This document shows, piece by piece, positions 15,380-29,299 of a stretch of DNA of 64,000 bases. The notes below the pieces were generated by a model. The model ran no database searches, was not told the origin of the DNA, and worked only from the letters and a program-made list of their open reading frames with translations. Position 1 is the stretch's first letter. The number at the start of each line of letters is the position of its first letter. Both the position numbers and the translations under genes were made by a program. This DNA comes from Eledone cirrhosa. Its lineage: Eukaryota. The stretch spans positions 54,994,001 to 55,058,000 of the forward strand of contig OZ024742.1 in the NCBI GenBank assembly GCA_964016885.1. Reading direction: 5' to 3'.

Positions 15380-17147
15380 CAAGGTCACAGAAAAAGTAAT
15401 AGCGCAACTAATCAGAGAGAGAATTGACCTGGATGAAATGCAGTTCGGGTTTGTGTCAGGCAAAAGTACCACAGACGCTCTTTTCATTGTACGACAACTA
15501 CAGGAGAAGTACCTAGCTAAAGGTAAACCCCTCTACTTAGCTTTTGTCGACTTGGAGAAAGCCTTCGACAGAGTCCCCCGTTCCATTATCTGGTGGGCTC
15601 TTAGAAAACAAGGGGTTGACGAATGGCTTGTGAGAGCTATACAAGCCATGTATAAAGAAACAGTCAGCAAGGTTAGAATTAACAACGAATATAGTGAAGA
15701 GTTTAGCGTAAAAGTAGGCGTCCATCAGGTCTCTGTTCTCAGCCCCCTACTATTTATTATTGCCCTTCAGGCTATAACAGAGGAGTTCAAGACCGGCTGC
15801 CCATGGGAACTCCTATATGCAGACGACCTGACACTCATAGCTGAATCAATGGCCGAGCTAGAGAAGAAATTCCAAACATGGAAGCACGGCCTAGAATTAA
15901 CCTGGCTAAGACTAAAGTTCTAGTTTGTAGGAAAGAAAATAAGGCGCCGGTCCCTTCCGGGAAATGGCCATGCTCAGTGTGTAGGAAAGGCGTAGGTAGA
16001 AACTCCATTTTATGTACCAAATGCAAAGTATGGGTGCATAAAAGATGTAGTGGGATCACAGGTAAGCTAACTAAGAACATAGATTTTACATGTGGCCGGT
16101 GCTCTGGTGCAATAAGTAGCAGCAAGTGCTCACAAAATACTAGCTCTTTCAATTGCGCAGAGGGTTCTATAGAAATAGTGGACAGCTTCCGTTACCTGGG
16201 CGACAAAATCAGCAGTGGGGGAGTGTGCTCTGAAAGTACAGTAGCTAGAGTCAGAACTGGTTGGAAAAAGTTCAGAGAGCTTATACCACTATTAGCTGCT
16301 AAAGGGTTCTCCCTAAAAATGAAAGGCAGGTTGTATGATGCCTGCATACGAACAGCAATGTTGCATGGCAGTGAGACTTGGACATTGTGTGCAGAGAATA
16401 TACGCAGACTAGAGAGGAACGAAGCTTGCATGCTCCGCTGGATGTGTAACAGTAATATACGTGAACGGCAAAGCATAGACGAACTAAGGAAAAAATTAGA
16501 AATAAGAGGGATCAGATGTTGTTTACTCGAGAGAAGGCTACGTTGGTATGGACACGTGATGCGCATGAAAGTCGATAGCTGTATAACAAAATGCAGGGCA
16601 ATAAAGATAGACGGTAGCCACGGAATAGGCAGACCTAGAAAAACCTGGGACGAGCTGATAAACTCCGACCTCACACACTTACACCTCTCCAAGACAATGT
16701 CACTGGACGGAGACCTTTGGCGGTACTCAGTAACAGAGAAGACCCGCCTTACCTAAATACATAGTAAAACCTACTACAGCCAGTAGGCATCTCTAACAAA
16801 ATACACCCCGTCCCACCACCCCCACCCCACCCACACCACCCCGTTCTATGTAAAGTTGTGTTGGTGCCGCGCCATCCAGGCCGAAACAAATGAGATCGTG
16901 TAGGTGTCACGACAAAAAAACACACAGTCCACGCTGTAATGTGGCCGTTTAGGCAACATGGTAAAAACATTCCAGACCCACACTGTAAATGTGGTTGGTG
17001 TTAGGAAGGGCATCCAACTGTAGAAAACCTGCCAGACAGTCCTATGCGAGCAAGACAATCACTCTTGCCTCAAGTGGGAATACCCCCGTCCAAACCCATG
17101 CAAGCGTGGAACACGGACGTCAAACGTTGATGATGATGATGATGATG
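15379..17147 (+). mobile_element. 5'-truncated RTE-clade LINE (RT with PHD-like Cys insert), frameshifted, (GAT)n tail
   Basis: ORFs 15273-15923 (QFGF..GKST, FVDLEKAFDRV, LLYADDL) and 15878-16756 (CSVC..CTKC..VHKRC..CGRC, RRLRWYGHVMRM, GRPRKTW). Tail (gat)n at 17129-17148. Confidence 0.9.
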
Positions 17148-17230
17148 ATATATATATATATATATAGTGTATACATATATATATATATATATAGTGTGTG
17201 TGTATACATATATATATATATATATATATA

Positions 17231-17345
<115 letters not shown>

Positions 17346-17380
17346 AAAGAATAGAGGTGTAACACACAAGTTATTATATA

Positions 17381-17511
17381 TTGGTAAACGGAATAGAGAA
17401 TGCTGACAAATTGTTCACAGTTGAAAATTGGCTTAATTAGGAATAAAAGAGTATTAGTGATTGTATGGGTTCGTATTCAGTTGTGTCAGCATTTTCTATT
17501 CCGTTTACCAA
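17381..17511. mobile_element. Tiny MITE-like / fold-back element with 28-bp terminal inverted repeats
   Basis: ttggtaaacggaatagagaatgctgaca (17381-17408) vs tgtcagcattttctattccgtttaccaa (17484-17511), one mismatch. TA flanks on both sides. Confidence 0.6.
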
Positions 17512-19155
<1,644 letters not shown>

Positions 19156-19207
19156 ATTAATAAAATAATGAATAAACAAATAAACAGTTCCTTATATTAA
19201 AAAAAAT

Positions 19208-19351
19208 TCATCATTTTACGATCGTTTTTAGGATATATATGTGTGTTAGAGTTGGTATGCATATTCTATAGATCTATGTACAATATTTATAGAAACTATC
19301 AGAGGGAATATACATACCTACACATATATATGCTGTCTTCAGAAATAATGA
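19208..19351 (-). ncRNA. Degenerate type I hammerhead with ~110-nt stem II
   Basis: Minus strand: stem I UCAUUAUUU/AAAUGAUGA, core CUGAAGA, stem II AUAUAUAUGUGU/ACACAUAUAUAU and GGUAUGUAUAUUC/GAAUAUGCAUACC, AAAA in place of GAAA, palindromic ACGAUCGU, GUA site. Confidence 0.65.
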
Positions 19352-19703
19352 TATTTGTTTATTGATAAAAACATAGATTCAATACAATAGGTGTGTTTGG
19401 GAACAGGTTTTGAATTGACCAATCAGGAGATAGTGAGGGTCAAGATAGTAATATAGTAGTAGGAGAACCTTTAATTATGGGTAGAGGAAGGTAGATTTCA
19501 GTTTTGGATGGAAAAGAATATTATGAATGAAGGATTATTTTAGGGAAGAAATAGGTCTCATGCTGACCTCAGAGATAATTTTATTTATAATATTATTAAA
19601 AGAATATAAAAATAATATATATATATATACTTATATATATATATATATATACATATATATACACATACACACATATATACATATATACATACATATATAC
19701 ACA

Positions 19704-19753
<50 letters not shown>

Positions 19754-20219
19754 TATATATACACACACACACACACACATACATATATATATATACACAC
19801 ATATACACATATATATATATATATATACATACATATATATACACACATACATACACACATACATACATACACATATATATACACACACATACACACTTAT
19901 ATATACATATAATTATTGGGGGGGGGGGTTAAATTTATTAGTCAGAAATAGTAAATATATATAGTTTTCAAGGAGCATAGAGTCAGAACCTGAAGTTAAA
20001 GCATTATATATGTTTACTTAATGGTATCAGTTTTAGGAAATGATATTTGTAAGAAGGAAAGCAAAATTATGTAGTTCATCAGTAGTAGAATATTAATTAT
20101 AGGTTAACTGAATTAAAAATAGTTTATATATTAATTTCTAAAGTGTATATTAATTAGGTTTATAATATTTAAAGGTTTTTCTCAGTTTATGATTACACGA
20201 TATTATTAATTCCTGTCGC

Positions 20220-20400
20220 GGTGGATTGGCAGTATCGGTAGAGGGTCGGACGCCATGCTTTCCAGCATAGTTACGTCCCTTTACGATCTGAGTTCAAATC
20301 CCGCCGAGGTTGACTTTGCCTTTCATCCTTACGGGGTCGATAAAATAAAGTACCAGTAATGCACTGGGTATTTGCTGGCCTTGTGCCTAAAGTAGAAACA
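20220..20400 (+). mobile_element. SINE with 18-bp target-site duplication
   Basis: B-box-like gagttcaaatcc and core tttgcctttcatccttacggggtcgataaa. TSD attattaattcctgtcgc at 20202-20219 and 20401-20418. Confidence 0.85.
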
Positions 20401-20509
20401 ATTATTAATTCCTGTCGCTTATTTAATAGGATATCCTTAGATTTCATTATTTCGAAAAGTTCTTGGGAACATAATCTACATTCATTTCTACTATTTTGAT
20501 AAGGGGTGG

Positions 20510-21169
20510 ATCTTGAGGACTTTCCGGACAAGAGATCGAGACACCATGTTGACACTGTGGAGGACTTTTGTCCTAAGCCGCCTGTACTACTGCTCCCAGT
20601 TGTGGTCACCCCATAGTGTCAAACTAACCACGGAGCTTGAGGCAATCCAGCGAAGCTACACCAAGAGGATTGCCAAGATGAGGGAGACAAGCTACTGGCA
20701 GAGGCTAAAGGAACTGAACCTCTACTCCTTGGAGCGAAGACGGGAGAGATACGCAGTGATCTACATGTGGAAAATCCTGGAGGGACTAGCACCAAACTTT
20801 GGCATTGGGAGCTGGACCAACCGTCGAACAGGACGTCACTGTGTGGTCTTCCACATCTAGAATAAGGAGCAGGTATTACAATAGCCTGGGATTCAAGGGC
20901 CCTCAACTCTTCAACAGGCTGCCGAGGGATCTGAGAGATTTGCATGACGTGGAGGTGGATGTCTTTAAGAAACATCTCGACACCTTGTTATCCAGGATCC
21001 CGGATGAGCCCACAGCAAGGCACGAGGGAAACCTAAGGGCAGCAGCAACAAACTCCCTGTTACACCAGTGGCCAACCTATACAGGCTGGAGATAAAATGT
21101 GTAGCAACAAGGGCGGTGCCCCAGCATGGCCTCAGCCGGATGGCTGAAACAGGTAAAAGAGTAAAAGAG
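20510..21169 (+). mobile_element. CR1-group LINE 3' fragment
   Basis: ORF 20513-20860 (SRLYYCSQLWSP, LEAIQR, YWQRLKELNLYSLERRR) continued by 20799-21095. 3' hairpin tcagcc/ggctga and gtaaaaga tail repeats. Confidence 0.85.
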
Positions 21170-21252
21170 ATATATATAGTGTATATATATATATGTATAG
21201 TGTATATATATATATATATATAGAGTATATATATATATATATATATATAATG

Positions 21253-21296
<44 letters not shown>

Positions 21297-22349
21297 GTAT
21301 ATATATACATATATATATATATAGTGTATATATATATATATAGTGTGTATATATACATATATATATAGTGTATATAAATATATATATATATAGTGTATAT
21401 ATATATATATATATATAGTGTATATATATATATATTGTATATATATATATATAGTGTATATATATATATGTATATATATTTATATGTATATATATAGTGT
21501 ATATATATATATATTGTATATATATATATAGTGTATATATATATATGTATATATATTTATATGTATATATATAGTGTATATATATATATATATGTATATA
21601 TATAGTGTATATATATATATATCTAGTGTATATATATATATATATATACTTTATATATACATATATTTATATATATATATAATGTATATATATATATATA
21701 CTGTATATATATATATACTGTATATATATATATATAGTGTATATATATATATATATATGTAGTGTATATATATATATATAGTGTATACATATATACATAG
21801 TGTATATATATATACATAGTGTATATATACATATACATATATAGTATATATAGTATATATATATATATAGTATATATGCATATATATATATAGTATATAT
21901 ATATATATATAGTATATATATATATATATATAGTATATATGCATATATATATAGTATATATATATATATAGTATATATATATATATATATAGTATATATA
22001 TATATATATTTATATATATAGTATATATATATATATATAGTATATATATATACTATATACTATATATATATATATACTATATATATATATAGTATATATA
22101 TACTATATATATATATATACTATATATATATATATATACTATATATATATATATATATATAGTATATATATATAGTATATATATATATATTATATGTATA
22201 TATATATATAGTATATATATATATATAGTATATATATATATATAGTATATATATATATATATAGTATATGTATATATATATATGTATATATATAGTATAT
22301 ATATATATATAGTATATGTATATATATAGTATATGTATATATATATATA

Positions 22350-22385
<36 letters not shown>

Positions 22386-22437
22386 TGTATTTATATATAG
22401 TATATATATATATATAGTATATATATATATATAGTAT
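21170..22437. repeat. Long interrupted (TA)n microsatellite
   Basis: Direct reading. Confidence 0.97.
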
Positions 22438-22591
22438 AGCAAATGTATGGTAGGTCGTACGTGAATCGCGATGATCACGCCTGACCTACCAAATATGCGA
22501 CGGGAGCTAGTTAAGCTCTATGCGTATAAGCAGAGCAGAAATATTAATGAAAAAGAACAAAGGAACTATTATGACATTATAAGAAGTTTAT

Positions 22592-22638
22592 TGCCGACAG
22601 CCGTTTCGTCCGACCATATGGTGGGACTTTTCAAGGCA
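22592..22638 (-). ncRNA. Minimal type I hammerhead (U3-A8) in a pLTR-like segment between TA tracts
   Basis: Minus strand: UGCC UUGAAAA GUCC-c-ACCAUAUGGU-c-GGAC GAAA CGGCUG UC/ GGCA. Confidence 0.85.
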
Positions 22639-22793
22639 TATAACAGGTGATTGTAAGTTCACTATTTACATCAACGTTTCACTCAAGATTAGCAGTTTGA
22701 AATTCTGGTATAGATCAACAGCTCCGCTTGTATATTTGGGTTCTATATTCTAAGGGGGCTCTTTTATATTAGTTGTAGGAGTTGTAAAATGGG

Positions 22794-22874
22794 TTCAAAA
22801 GGTGAGTTGAGATGGAGGGTCTGTGGTTTTTCTCACAAAAACCACAGACCCTCCATCTCAACTCACCTTTTGAA
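22794..22874. repeat. Perfect 38-bp inverted repeat with 5-nt loop
   Basis: ttcaaaaggtgagttgagatggagggtctgtggttttt-ctcac-aaaaaccacagaccctccatctcaactcaccttttgaa. Confidence 0.95.
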
Positions 22875-22974
22875 AAGCAGAAGAACTGCGAAACCGGTAA
22901 AGGAACCAAATAAATATATATATATTTTTTAAAAAAATAAGACTTCAGTTGCATTTTCGATTTCATCCCTTTTT

Positions 22975-23049
<75 letters not shown>

Positions 23050-24152
23050 GAGAGACAGAATCAGTGAGGGACATACATATGCGGAAACATCTAGAATGTT
23101 ATTAGTTAGTTAGATAGTTAGAGAGTGGTGGAGATGGATTGAGTGGGAAAAAATATATAGATTTCATAAACAAACATACAGTAACTAGGGGTTTCAAAAA
23201 GCAGTAAATTCTTCCCATCTTTTTCCCGTTTCCTATTTCGGAAAAGTAATCGACAGGGATATTAGTTGAACACACACGAAAAAACTTAATTATAATACAT
23301 TTATTTAGTATTATAAGGATATAAGTTGAATGTTTCAGCCGGTTATTTCAAATTTATGAATTGCAGTCATGAAATGTAGATAATTATTTTTCATAAAACT
23401 ATTTCCAGTTTTTTGGTGGCAACCTTCTTCTTAGTTGCTTTATACACTAGGATTTGTTCTGTTTTGCCGGTACAACTACAATATGTTAGCATGTGAAACA
23501 TTTAATGGCCTATCACGAATTGAAAAAAAAAAAGACTTCGGAAGTAAAATATTTTTTAAAAGTTACACTTTACTTCATCGGGTAGTCCATTTAATCTTTG
23601 TAAAGGAAAATTAGAATTTGGAGACTAGGGTTGCCATTTAATAAAATTTATATGAATGTAAATCTAAGTGATTACAGTTCATACACACTTTATTAACATA
23701 TGTCGAATATTTTTCTTATCTTTCTTTTTTTCGTATGAGATAATAATCACATGGCATCCGCCAAGCACTGCTACTAGCTCACAGTAGTGGGACTTAGCGC
23801 TGTGTGATCCACCCTCTCAGGCGGATGGAGATCCGGCTAGTCACTCTGTATGTATTGTTCACTCTTCTCTGGTGGGCCATACGAGCAAACTGTTGATGGC
23901 CCCAGATCCTTGTAGCGCATACCTGCATTGAATCGGCTGGCACCTGTGCGTATCCGATTCAGGGACACCAAATTTATCTGAGGGTGTTTAGCGCATTGTG
24001 GGATTTGGAAGTAGAGTAAGGTGTTATTGGTTTTCTTTTTAGTTTAACGCGAGTAGAAGCCTGAATTATAATCAGATGCGAAGGGACAAATATTACAATG
24101 TAAATCATTTCGTAATCTCGTCATATGTCATTTTTCTAGTTTTTGTAGAACA

Positions 24153-24350
24153 TTGGATGACTGGCAGTATCTACATAGCGTTGGAGAACATGCTTTTTAC
24201 GTTCTGAGTTCAAATCCTACCGAGATTAGCTTGGCTTTCATCCTTATGATGTCGCTAGAATAAAGCAACTATAATGCACTGGGGTCAATGTAATCGACAT
24301 TCTCCTTCCCTCAAAAGTGTAGGCCTCATGCCTAAATCATAAACCATTAT
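24153..24350 (+). mobile_element. Diverged SINE copy (same family as 20220)
   Basis: ctgagttcaaatcc...gctttcatccttatgatgtcg...taatgcactgggg. Confidence 0.75.
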
Positions 24351-25152
24351 GTTTAGTAGAACAGTGTATGAAAATAGATGATATTAAGCATCGTATATGT
24401 TTTCTATTACTTTTTTGAGAGTAATATCACAAATTTTAACCTACCGAAGAAATAGGACGGTATATTTTCATGTTACAGGGGTAAACGGAGGCAGAGCGTC
24501 TAATTAACTAATATAAATTCTGTCGAGTGGCAAATAGTAATTAATTTACTTACAGTATTTTGTCATATGACAAAAAGTGAAAGAACGATAGATATATGAG
24601 ATGACAGTAGGAAGGTGGCGATTGAAAACGATTCTCCGTTTAACATTTTCTATTTGCAAATGACATGAATATTTTGCGGATTTTCTCAGCTTATTCTCAT
24701 ATCAGTTATTATAGTAAAGCAACTCCTCGTTTTGCTTTTCCCTATTGTTAGTTGAAACATTTTCACAAACAATTAGGCAATACTACATAGCCGAACGGAA
24801 CCAGATCAAAGGGGGAAAATCTCAACATTTACGTTGAAATCGATATCGTAATAGTTGCAACACACATACATCTTAACCAAATACTTAGGATGTAAAAGCC
24901 TTCATGATTGCAAAAATTAAGTTTATCCCAGATGGATATTACAAATGTAGTCAAATGATAATCCGAAGCCTCCCCCCACACACGCACATTAATAGCGTAA
25001 ATAATTATCCGTAGCGGAAAGATATTTAAAATATATGATGTAAATCATTTAAACTGAATGGAAAAATACAAATAAAGAAACTCTATGTCAACATAATACA
25101 GCACCACAAACACGGAGCACCAAAATGCAGAAAGTAAACTCAACATAAAGCA

Positions 25153-25234
25153 CTCTGAAACTAGCTGGAGTAATAGTAAATAGGAGACCTCTGAAACTAG
25201 ATGGAGTAATAGTAAATAGGAAACCTCAAAACTA
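25153..25234. repeat. 36-bp minisatellite, about 2.3 copies
   Basis: ctctgaaactag(c/a)tggagtaatagtaaatagga(g/a)ac repeated. Confidence 0.85.
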
Positions 25235-27596
25235 ATACTGCAATCCTTGCAAAGATGTATTAGCGCTAACAAAATGTATTGATGCAGAGATGTAAAACGT
25301 GCGATAATCAGTAGCATATAAACGTGTGAGAAACTAATTCTACAAATAGATGAATTCAAACCATAGCTATTCGTACAACATAAAAATAGCGTGGTAATGC
25401 AAAGAGCTACCCACGCATTCGAAATAGTTACTGGGTAAATAAATGAAATTATTATAATGCCTTAAACCAAATAGCATAAGCTGGCTCATATGCTCAGGAA
25501 CGAAATATACATTAGTAGATATACGATAATAATAAAAAAAATCACCTGATACTAAAATTGTAAATGTTAATTCAGCAAGTGAAACCTAAATCGTTTTATA
25601 CTAGTTTATGACATCTATGAAACAACTAATATGAAAGTATCTTTGCATATTTGATTTTCGTGCATGCATAATTCCCCAAATGCTATTCGTTTATCCATGT
25701 AAGCAGTTTCCACTCTTCTTCCAGTATCTTTGTTTTTTTTTCTGTCTTGATATTTTACGTTTCCTAATGTTTAGGTCCTACAATAAGATGCTTGCCAACG
25801 TAAATATTCATGTGATGAACAGTATTGTTACCTTTATATAAGGTAGTAATATAGGCGAAGACTGGTTCGTATAAACCTACCGCAGAGGATTCAGCGTGAC
25901 AGAGGATGTGGGTATGCTGTCCATTTGAATCACGGGTATAAGCGATTTGACAGTCTTCCAAATAAATTACATCTACCCATAAGGCTGTGGCAGACCCGAA
26001 GCTATGACACTTACACAAGGTGGAATGCAATGGGTTCGAACCTACTGAGAAGTTAGTAGGTAGAGACAGACAGAAAGACGAGAAAACAGATAAGCCGATA
26101 TTAGATTGATATTCAGTTACGTAGATATAGAAAAACAAATATGAGTAGTTAAACACTGACCTTCTTGACAACACTATGCGAATGATAAACCTCAGTACGT
26201 CGGAAGATATCAAATTACCAGTTCCCTGACATGGTGAGAATAAAATATATCTTCTCATATTTATAAGGTTGCGCTTTGGATTCCTGAATCGGGCAGCGTT
26301 TTGTGTTAATGGGGAAAATATTTTACGTTACTACTTCTGATTGTTGTAACTGGCAGATATTACCAGCAATGGAAAATAAAACTAATCGAAAAGTTATTTC
26401 CCTTTTTTTTTTTTTTTTTTTTTTTTATTAATATACAGTATATCAGTTATACAGTATAGCAGTTTTAATCCTAAGATCAAAGCGGAGAAATTCATATTTG
26501 CTGTTAATATCTAGATGTTTCATTTTTATAACATTAAATGTAAAATGTTGAAGTTTGAACATTACCGCCAGACATCAACTATATGAAGAGAATTATAAGC
26601 ACTAGGGCTGAATTTAGTTAAGAGAATCATTGGAACAATGATTGGATTTATTTTCTACTCTCCCTCTCAATGTCTACACGCCTTATTATATTCTCCATGA
26701 AGTAAGTAAGGTCGATGTGTCCACATTCAATAATCAGTACAAAATCAACACAATACACACGTCATCTTTAACTTTAGTATGCTCTTAAAAGCACGGCCGT
26801 GACAAATTGCTGTTTCAAATCCATTCAAATATCTCCTGACAGTTTTTACTCATTTGGTAGGATGTTAATTTACGCATGAATAATCCAATGATGAAGAACA
26901 TATTTTGAATCGGTATATATTGCTGATAAGCAGATTTATTTGTCTATAGTCACATGTATACTAACCAGTCGAGTGTTGAGTCTGATTTCAATAGAAAATG
27001 ATTACATGTTCCAGTAACGACTCCATACATAGTCATTACATTTTGCATCCATTTATCAGCTCCAAAACGATTCCAGTGACTAATCATATTGATTATGTTC
27101 CTGCATTCTTTGCCAGTAATTCAAGATATCCTCATTGTTTTATTGCATATTCTCCTTTCTCTGCATTCTAAAGCATTGTGTATCTTTAATATACTTTTTC
27201 ATTTTATATACATATTTAGAAATAGGCGACTTCAGGGTGTTTAATAGTTAAGGTGTTCGCCTCACGCTTATGTCTCTTTGAGGAAAATATATTTCTAGTT
27301 GGTCCAATCGACTGTTGTGAAAGGATCAGTTGCATCTGTAATTCAAACGACAAGCTTTGTCAGGAATTGTGTAACTGTATTAATAATATACGTGTTTCTG
27401 GATTACATGCGCTTTAATTACACACTTGTTCGAACAAATAGAATTCTAACCGTCGGAAAAAAGAGGGCCAACATACATTAATGGAAATAAGAATGTTTCT
27501 TTAGTTGATGAAAATATGTATCTATCTATCTATCTATCTATCTCTCTATCTATCTATTTCTTTCTCTCCCTATTCATCTTTTTCTCACTCCCTCCC

Positions 27597-27692
<96 letters not shown>

Positions 27693-29299
27693 CAATGTGC
27701 TCATAAACCAGAATCAAATATACATACATCTATTACATACATAATACTACACACACATAAAGATATGCGCATAAATATGTATACATACAGACATACACAT
27801 TTGCACATACATATGTACACATATACACATTCCATTCAAACATCCACATACAAACCACATATACATAAATATAAATGTCCCTGTTTTATGCTGTTTTGTT
27901 TTAATTCATAACGAAGCGAATATGTTCTGCATTTGGTTTAGTTATATAACTAGGATTGCGACTTGGTCACGTTGTTTCTTTCAATGATCACCTGCTGCAA
28001 TAGATGTTTCAATTGTTTGTAATTTGATTTGTTTTGACATGTGTTTTGAGGTTTTTCTGCTTGGTTGGCTCGTGTGAATTGTTACTGATTTCTCAGAGTA
28101 GAATGAATCTCGCATTTGTAGTTCTGTGAAGACTGTTTGAAGGTTTAATGTAGTTTGATTATTGAATTGATATACTTTTGGATTATTGCAAAAATCACTG
28201 TTTAGACGTGTTCGGTAATGTTTATCTTACTGATGTCTATGTTTCCTTATCTATGGTCGTACATTCTTTTGCTGGTTTTGCCGCATCTTAATCTATATTT
28301 CTGTATTCTAATATATATTTTTATATTGTTTATGTCATGCGTCATGTTGAGAGACTATTTCTTCCTATGCAGTTATATGCATTGCTGTTTATGTTTTTGG
28401 AATCATCCGTTAATATTTGCAAGTTTCTACTTTTGTTTCGTTTTGCCTGTTTGTTGGGGAAATATAATATCCACTTGAGGGCTTTTAATTAATATTATTT
28501 GTTTTTATTCGCAACATATGTTTTAACGGCTATTTTATCTGCGTTTTTTTCTTCTTGTTCTTGTATGACATATGCACAATATTTAGAGAGAGAGAGATCA
28601 AGATTTGTCAGATAGACTAATGTAAAATGTGTAGTCTTATGGATCGCTTAAGGCCGCTAAGGAAAGGTCTGAGGTAGATATTACGAACAACACGCAGAAC
28701 TGTCTGTTTAGTGTCGCCACAGGCATATGCTGGGCAGTCTTTCATTTTTTCATCGATTGAGATGATGGTTGGCTTGGCATGTGTTGTACGGATCGGAGAA
28801 AGGGACGTCGATTGATTTGTATAAAGGTCAAAGCCGGCTGGTTTAGATGAGGTGTCCCGAACGTGATTTTGGTTGGCAAATTTGGACAATCTCCTGATCT
28901 ACGCCACTTTTCCTTCATACCAAAATTATTATCTTGAAGGATTTTCATTGTTTTCCCTTAACAGTATATCTCTGGAATAAATATCTTATATTTCTCTTCT
29001 TCGGATGTTCTCTGTTTCGTTGAATTATATTTTATTGTTTTGGATATATACAAGTAGAACGGAGTAACTTCCATATTTAGAAAAAGTGTGAGGAAAGAAA
29101 ATACCTCAAGTCAGTAGATATTAGGAATTTAGAAAATCAATGTAGTTAATCGTATACAAGTTGTCGTACTTTAAACTCAATTTCTTGAAATTAAGAATTT
29201 CGTTATCATATTGCAAATAAAGTTTACTGCCTATGATTTAAAATCCATTTCGGAAATACGAATTTGCAGGGATTTGGTTATGTTACTAAATGATATTGC

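Noticed and set aside
23325-23355. Possible minimal HHR on the minus strand (UUGAAAU-AACCGGCU-GAAACAUUC)
   Set aside because: Core, stem I and stem III are all imperfect; indistinguishable from chance.
28617-28948. Short minus-strand ORFs as a host exon or transposase fragment
   Set aside because: No recognisable motif or splice support.
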